Shown here: positions 35,938 to 40,687 of the stretch, piece after piece
How positions within the stretch are numbered: position 1 is the stretch's first letter
Layout of the letters: each line of letters opens with the position of its first letter
From: Myxococcota bacterium
GTDB taxonomy: Bacteria; Myxococcota; XYA12-FULL-58-9; JALHOP01
Reading direction: 5' to 3'
NCBI GenBank assembly: GCA_041288095.1
Contig: JBGGMJ010000194.1
Location: forward strand, 1 to 40,687
Length of the DNA stretch: 40,687 nt
Notes under the pieces: model-generated
The model's input: the letters and a program-made list of their open reading frames with translations, nothing else
The model's database searches: none
What the model was told of the DNA's origin: nothing
Translations under genes and position numbers: made by a program

Positions 35938-36702
35938 ATGAATCTGAAGAATCGTCGTGCTCTGGTTACCGGCGCGGCTTCCGGCATCGGCTGGGCCATC
36001 GCCAAGCGCTTCTCCGACGCGGGCGCGGAGGTTCTCCTCTCCGACCTGCCCGGCCCGGCTCTCGACAAGGCCGTCTCCGAGCTCGGCGGCAAGGCCCGTG
36101 CGTTGCCGGCGAACCTCGCTGTCCGCGATGAAGTTCTCAAGCTCGCCAAGGACGCCGGTCAAGTCGACGTGCTCATCAACAATGCCGGCTTGCAGCACGT
36201 GAGCCCCATCGACGACTTCGACCTCGCCAAGTGGGACCTCATCATCGCGGTGATGCTGACGGCGCCGTTCACGCTCGTGCGCGCGGCGCTTCCGGGCATG
36301 GTTCAGCGCAACTGGGGCCGCATCATCAACGTCTCGTCGGTCCACGGCTTGATCGCTTCAGCGTACAAGTCGGCCTACGTCTCGGCGAAGCACGGCGTCA
36401 TCGGTCTCACCAAGACCGTCGCGCTCGAAGCCGGCGCCCGCTCGCACCAAGTCACCTGCAACGCCATCTGCCCGTCGTACGTGCGCACACCGCTCGTCGA
36501 GAAGCAGGTCGCCGACCAGGCCAAGGCCCACGGCATCCCCGAGAGCGAAGTGCTCGAGAAGGTCTTGCTCACGCAGAACGCCATCAAGCGGCTGATCGAG
36601 CCGGCAGAGGTGGCGGAGGCGGCGATGTATCTGACGCGCGATGATGCGTGGTCGGTGACCGGTAGCGCGCTGATGCTCGATGCGGGTTGGCTAGCGCATT
36701 AG
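35938..36702 (+). CDS. bdhA: D-3-hydroxybutyrate dehydrogenase (SDR)
   Basis: TGAASGIG, NNAGLQHVSPI, SSVHGLIASAYKSAYVSAKHG and ICPSYVRTPLVEKQ are family-specific motifs. Confidence 0.9.
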   Translation: MNLKNRRALVTGAASGIGWAIAKRFSDAGAEVLLSDLPGPALDKAVSELGGKARALPANLAVRDEVLKLAKDAGQVDVLINNAGLQHVSPIDDFDLAKWDLIIAVMLTAPFTLVRAALPGMVQRNWGRIINVSSVHGLIASAYKSAYVSAKHGVIGLTKTVALEAGARSHQVTCNAICPSYVRTPLVEKQVADQAKAHGIPESEVLEKVLLTQNAIKRLIEPAEVAEAAMYLTRDDAWSVTGSALMLDAGWLAH

Positions 36703-36704
36703 CG

Positions 36705-37709
36705 TTAGAGCCTGAACGACAAGTCCAGCGAGCCGAAGAAGTCCGGCTTGATCTGCCGCTCGAACTCCTTCGTGCGCAACACGTGGGTCATCGCCACGCG
36801 CGTGTTCTTCCACACCAGTGCCCAGCCGAACTGCGCGTCGACGACGATCGGATTGCGCTCGACGCCGCGGCTCTCGCGAAAGGTGCTGCCGTCGATGAAG
36901 ATGTTGCGGATGACGCTGCGCGCCTCGCCGCCGAGGAAGTAGTACCAGCCGAAGTCGTTGGTTTGCGTGAACACGCCGTTGCCTTGGATGCCGGGCAAGA
37001 CGCGGCGTGGGCCGTAGTCGAGGGGCATGTTGTCGCCAAAGCGGATGGTGAAGCCCGCGGCCGTGTAGTCGTAGACGTTGCCCAAGGCGACGCCGATGTG
37101 CGGGAACACCTCGGTGAAGAGGCCTCCGAAGGTGCCGAGGTGATAACGCCAAACGTGTTGATACGAGAGGATGGCCGCGCCTTCGTTCGGCAGCTGCGTG
37201 TCCCAGCGGCGTGGCGTCGGGCCGATGGCGACATGGATGACCCGCTGCACCTGACGGCCCAGCGCCGCCGGTCCGATGATACCCAGAGTCAGCGTCAGAT
37301 CGTCGAAGTGCTCGGGCGTGACCGTCTGGATGCCCGCTGTAGCGTACAAGAACGCGGCGAAGGGGCGATCGCGGTCGCCGAGGTTTTGCAGGATGATGCT
37401 GCGCGGCGTGTAGATGTTGTGGCCGCCGCCGAAGGTCGCGTGCACCTCGCCGTCCGTCGCGAACCAACGGCCGATGGCGTGCATGAAGTTGGGCGTGCCG
37501 GCGCGGCTCGTGGTCCAGAGGCCGTTGACGCCGCTCGAGTAGTGGCGGTCGAGCGCGAACAGCACGTCGTTCTCGATGAGGAGGCTGAAGGTGCCGCGGT
37601 CGTCATCGGGACGTGAGAGACGATAGCTGGCTGCTGCCGCGGCGGCGGCGGACGTGTCGGGCGGCCCTGCGAGAGCTACGAGCGAGCAGGCGAGTACCGC
37701 GACCGACAT
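36705..37709 (-). CDS. lpxR: Lipid A 3'-O-deacylase LpxR-family (DUF2219) outer-membrane protein
   Basis: Signal peptide, ENDVLFALDRHYSSG, HNIYTP, DRPFAAFLY, LGIIGP.A.G..VQ..IH, W..QL.NE, NIFIDG, and a C-terminal beta-signal-like LSFRL. Confidence 0.8.
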   Translation of the reverse strand: MSVAVLACSLVALAGPPDTSAAAAAAASYRLSRPDDDRGTFSLLIENDVLFALDRHYSSGVNGLWTTSRAGTPNFMHAIGRWFATDGEVHATFGGGHNIYTPRSIILQNLGDRDRPFAAFLYATAGIQTVTPEHFDDLTLTLGIIGPAALGRQVQRVIHVAIGPTPRRWDTQLPNEGAAILSYQHVWRYHLGTFGGLFTEVFPHIGVALGNVYDYTAAGFTIRFGDNMPLDYGPRRVLPGIQGNGVFTQTNDFGWYYFLGGEARSVIRNIFIDGSTFRESRGVERNPIVVDAQFGWALVWKNTRVAMTHVLRTKEFERQIKPDFFGSLDLSFRL

Positions 37710-37746
37710 TGGCCGCGGACGGTCTCCGATCGCGGAGCACCGCGCA

Positions 37747-37779
37747 AGTGGGGAGCCCGCTCATGACGGACTCCCCACT
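37747..37779 (-). terminator. Stem-loop downstream of the 37790-38719 gene
   Basis: AGTGGGGAG.CCG / CGG.CTCCCCACT inverted repeat. Confidence 0.55.
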
Positions 37780-37789
37780 CGCTTCGTGA

Positions 37790-38719
37790 CTACTTCGCTG
37801 CTTCTGGCTTTTTCTTGGTGAACTTGAGGAGCAGACCACCGCCAGCGGCCATGACGCCGCCGCCGATGATCGCCGGTACCGCTTGCTGCCAGTTCAAGGC
37901 AGTGCGGCCCAGCGCAGGACCCCAGTCCATGCCGTTGGTGACGCCACCGACCACGCCCGACAAGGCGTAGAAGGCACCGGCGCCGAGGAGGCCATAACCA
38001 GCGACGCGGAGCGCCAAGCGGCCAACGTTGCCGAGCTCGAACCTCTTCTTCTTCTCTTCAGCCGGCTTCTCGGCCGGGCGCCCACCGCGATCGACTTCAC
38101 GCGATCCGCCGCCCGAGCGCACCGAGATGACCTCTGGTCCTTCGACCGGGCCATTGGTGCGATAGACCTTCCAACCGCGGTCGGTCTCGACGGCCTCGTA
38201 CATCTGGCCGTTGACCTCGTAGAAGCCAGGACCTTCCTGCTCGGCCTGCGCGATCACCGCGGCGGTGATTGACGGCTTACGCTGCGGCTTGAAGGGGATC
38301 TGCTCTTCTTCGCCCTCGTAGCCGTTCTCGTAGCGCTCTTCGCTACGGGGTCCGCCACGACGGGGCGCCGGCTCGCTGGAATACTCTTCTTCGTAGCCGG
38401 CCGGTCCACCACCGCGCTCGTTGTAGCGGATACGCGGATTCGGCGCGCGCTCGAGGTCGATCTGAATGTCCGGCTGCTGGCGCTCCTTGATGCGGATGCG
38501 CTGCGGCGGCGGTGGCGGCGCGTCGTCGTCCAGGATGCGGACGTCTACGCCCCGACCCGAGCCGGCAGGTTGGCGGGAGGGATAACCATACTCATAGGAA
38601 CCGCTGGCGCGGGTCGCTGAGCGGCGGTGGCTTTCACGGTATTCCTCGTGCGAGTACTGACCGCGGCCCCGGCCGCCATTCGGCCCATAGTATCCAGCGT
38701 CGGTGGCACGCATCGACAT
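37790..38719 (-). CDS. Hypothetical protein: long Arg/Gly/Tyr/Glu-rich disordered region plus two C-terminal TM helices
   Basis: AGGTGA RBS-like sequence before ATG 38719. Low-complexity N-terminal 230 aa, hydrophobic LALRVAGYGLLGAGAFYALSGVVGG and AIIGGGVMAAGGGLLL, basic tail. Confidence 0.7.
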   Translation of the reverse strand: MSMRATDAGYYGPNGGRGRGQYSHEEYRESHRRSATRASGSYEYGYPSRQPAGSGRGVDVRILDDDAPPPPPQRIRIKERQQPDIQIDLERAPNPRIRYNERGGGPAGYEEEYSSEPAPRRGGPRSEERYENGYEGEEEQIPFKPQRKPSITAAVIAQAEQEGPGFYEVNGQMYEAVETDRGWKVYRTNGPVEGPEVISVRSGGGSREVDRGGRPAEKPAEEKKKRFELGNVGRLALRVAGYGLLGAGAFYALSGVVGGVTNGMDWGPALGRTALNWQQAVPAIIGGGVMAAGGGLLLKFTKKKPEAAK

Positions 38720-38821
38720 GGGTTCACCTGCCTTTAGATGGTCAAATTGTGTTGGGATTGGAGTCCGCAGCTCACATGACTGAGGTCACGTGATCGCTCT
38801 AGCTGTGGATCCAGATCGATA

Positions 38822-38846
38822 TATCGGCGCCGTGACGCGGGGGTTG
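38822..38846 (-). promoter_or_regulatory. Sigma-28-like promoter candidate CAAC-N14-GCCGATA (leftward)
   Basis: Minus strand reads gCAAC ccccgcgtcacggc GCCGATAt, about 100 nt upstream of ATG 38719. Confidence 0.65.
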
Positions 38847-38861
38847 CTTGGCGAAGGGCAA

Positions 38862-38886
38862 CAACTCTTGGCGGTCACTGCCGATA
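38862..38886 (+). promoter_or_regulatory. Sigma-28-like promoter candidate CAAC-N14-GCCGATA (rightward)
   Basis: aCAAC tcttggcggtcact GCCGATAc, back-to-back with the leftward copy. Confidence 0.65.
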
Positions 38887-38960
38887 CACCCCGTTGATCT
38901 GGGAAGGCGCCTGACCCCTTCGAGGCGAACGCTTCCTGTCGAACCAAAGTGAGGGTCCCC

Positions 38961-40577
38961 ATGCGGGTCAGCGGTTGCCGACTCGTCACCGCCATTTTGT
39001 TCGTCGGCATCGGCCTTTGGGCGGACGTGTCTTCGGCGTTGACCGTGCAAAACATCGCCTGCACCAGCGGCGAGCTCAGCGTCACCATCAAGATCCCGAC
39101 CCAAGCCATTGCCGGTGATCCCCGTACGTTCTGCCGTGTCGACATCGTCCTGACCGGCCAGACCAACCCCCTGGCGATCGGTCACCAGATCCTCGTGCAG
39201 GCCCTGGTCGACGACTCGTATTGGGGCAGCGACAGCACCTTCTATTCGAGCACGTTCAGCGTGACCTCGCAGGAAGCGGCCGCCCAGCGCGTGCAGCGCT
39301 CGATCGATTGCACCGGCGACTTCATGGACAACGGTTGGTCGAGCGTCGCCATTTACGGCTTCGTCGACGCTTACAAAGGCCCGATCTACGCCCCGGATCG
39401 CTGCGCCACGAACACGCTCGAGGTCGAGGTCATCGGTGACGAGGACCCAGAGGTCTCGGACAGCGCCGCGAGCGCCGCCCAGCTTGGCACCGGCGTTAGC
39501 AACAAGGTGGCGGCGGATCCGGACTGGTATGCGGTCACGGTCAACGGTCAGAGCAGCCTCGCCATGACGCTCGCCTATGACGGCGGGTCAGGCGCGCTCG
39601 ACTTTCAGCTCACCGACAGTGCTGGCACTCAGGTGGCCAGCGGTAGCAAGACCGCCGAGGGCGCGGTGATCAACAAGACCGGGTTGGCAGCTGGCACCTA
39701 CAAGGTGAAGGTCGCGCCGCAGAGCGCAAGCGATCCCAACCTCTACGACCTGCGCATCGGCGGAACCTCCGGCGGTGGCGGCACCTGCACCGGCACCGCT
39801 TCGGAAGACCGTGACTGCGGCCGCTGCGGTACACAATCGCGGACATGCAACAGCGGCACTTGGTCGGGTTGGACGACCTGCACGGGGCAGGGCGAGTGCG
39901 AAGCCGGCGAGACCGATGTCGAGAGCTGCGGCGCCAACAAGTCGCGCACCATGACCTGCAGCGAGACCTGCGAGTGGGAGCCCGGCGCCTGCGTCGACGG
40001 TGACGGCGGCGGTGGTGGGGGCGGCAGCAACGCCGGCAAGGTCGGCCTCGCGTGCGACGACAACGAGCCCTGCGGCAACCTCGAGTGCCTCGGCCTCGAT
40101 AACACAGAGGGTATGTTTCAAAACGGCTACTGCACCATGTCTCCGTGCAACGCCGACTCGGCGTGTGGTGACAGCGCGGCCCTCTGCGGCGGCCTGTTCG
40201 GCACGCACTACTGCTTGAAGCGCTGCAGCGACAGCACCGATTGCCGCACCGGTTACGTGTGCGCCCGCTTCGGGAATGCCCGTGCCTGCACGCCGCGTTG
40301 CCGAGATGATCAAGACTGCGCCGACAATGCCCTGCCCGTCTGCGACGACGACAGCGGCTTGTGCCTGGCGTCCGCCGGAGCGGACCCGCAGGCCTGGAAT
40401 GGCGCGAGACCGAACGCTGACGGAAGTTTGGGTGGCGGTGCGTTACTCACAGCTGGAGGTGGATGCGTGGCTCTCGATCCTAGCATTTGGACTGTGATCT
40501 TCGCTGCGTTCTTGTTCAGTGCCCATGTCACCGCGCGGCGCTTTGCCGCGAAGGCGGCGCACAGCGTCGTCCGTTAG
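38961..40577 (+). CDS. Secreted Cys-rich surface protein with a PPC-like domain and a MYXO-CTERM-like tail
   Basis: Signal peptide. DPDWYAVTV...LDFQLTDSAG...AGTYKVKV..N.YDL is a PPC-like domain. Cys repeats CGRCGTQSRTC..W.GW..C and C....DC..GY.C. The tail GGGCVALD-TM-RR resembles MYXO-CTERM. ORF track start is 38949. Confidence 0.8.
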   Translation: MRVSGCRLVTAILFVGIGLWADVSSALTVQNIACTSGELSVTIKIPTQAIAGDPRTFCRVDIVLTGQTNPLAIGHQILVQALVDDSYWGSDSTFYSSTFSVTSQEAAAQRVQRSIDCTGDFMDNGWSSVAIYGFVDAYKGPIYAPDRCATNTLEVEVIGDEDPEVSDSAASAAQLGTGVSNKVAADPDWYAVTVNGQSSLAMTLAYDGGSGALDFQLTDSAGTQVASGSKTAEGAVINKTGLAAGTYKVKVAPQSASDPNLYDLRIGGTSGGGGTCTGTASEDRDCGRCGTQSRTCNSGTWSGWTTCTGQGECEAGETDVESCGANKSRTMTCSETCEWEPGACVDGDGGGGGGGSNAGKVGLACDDNEPCGNLECLGLDNTEGMFQNGYCTMSPCNADSACGDSAALCGGLFGTHYCLKRCSDSTDCRTGYVCARFGNARACTPRCRDDQDCADNALPVCDDDSGLCLASAGADPQAWNGARPNADGSLGGGALLTAGGGCVALDPSIWTVIFAAFLFSAHVTARRFAAKAAHSVVR

Positions 40578-40634
40578 ACGGCGTTTGCCCGCTGCCCGAG
40601 TGCGTTGGTGCCAGCAGGTCAGGATCCTGCGAGG

Positions 40635-40659
40635 CACCGGTGCGCCCGCGTCGCCGATA
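40635..40659 (+). promoter_or_regulatory. Sigma-28-like promoter candidate CACC-N14-GCCGATA
   Basis: gCACC ggtgcgcccgcgtc GCCGATAc, followed by a GAGAGG RBS and ATG 40672. Confidence 0.5.
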
Positions 40660-40671
40660 CCTGAGAGGTCG

Positions 40672-40687
40672 ATGGCACCGATAAGGC
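40672..40687 (+). CDS. Probable start of a gene running off the right edge (MAPIR...)
   Basis: GAGAGG RBS, then ATG GCA CCG ATA AGG, downstream of a motif copy. Only 5 codons are visible. Confidence 0.35.

Overview
GC-rich bacterial chromosomal window, most consistent with a Myxococcota-type organism. This is an inference from the many Cys-rich lipoproteins, an FHA-domain sigma-54 activator, a zf-HC2 protein and a MYXO-CTERM-like sorting tail. It holds about 36 CDSs and no rRNA, tRNA, CRISPR array or transposase that I can see. Recognisable genes: matB (malonyl-CoA synthetase), an rhlE-like DEAD-box helicase, a 3-hydroxybutyrate dehydrogenase, a GcvT-family FAD oxidoreductase, a D-aminoacylase, an LpxR-family lipid A deacylase, an ECF sigma factor, a Crp-like regulator, an FHA-sigma54 activator, two methyltransferases and a HAD phosphatase. 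Interleaved with these are (i) a set of Cys-rich or repeat surface lipoproteins and (ii) scattered orphan genes that lack Sec signals but have Ser/Thr/Pro/Ala-rich N-termini followed by hydrolytic or membrane-inserting domains: a trypsin-like protease, two HExxH proteins, an NlpC/P60-like Cys-His protein, an alpha/beta hydrolase and two 2-TM proteins. The most notable signal is a recurring intergenic motif, RCAAC-N15-(C/G)CGATA, resembling a sigma-28/FliA promoter. It sits upstream of several of these orphans, which suggests a dispersed, co-regulated arsenal of candidate secreted, possibly predatory, effectors. That interpretation is a hypothesis. All family calls come from motif recognition by eye, not database searches.
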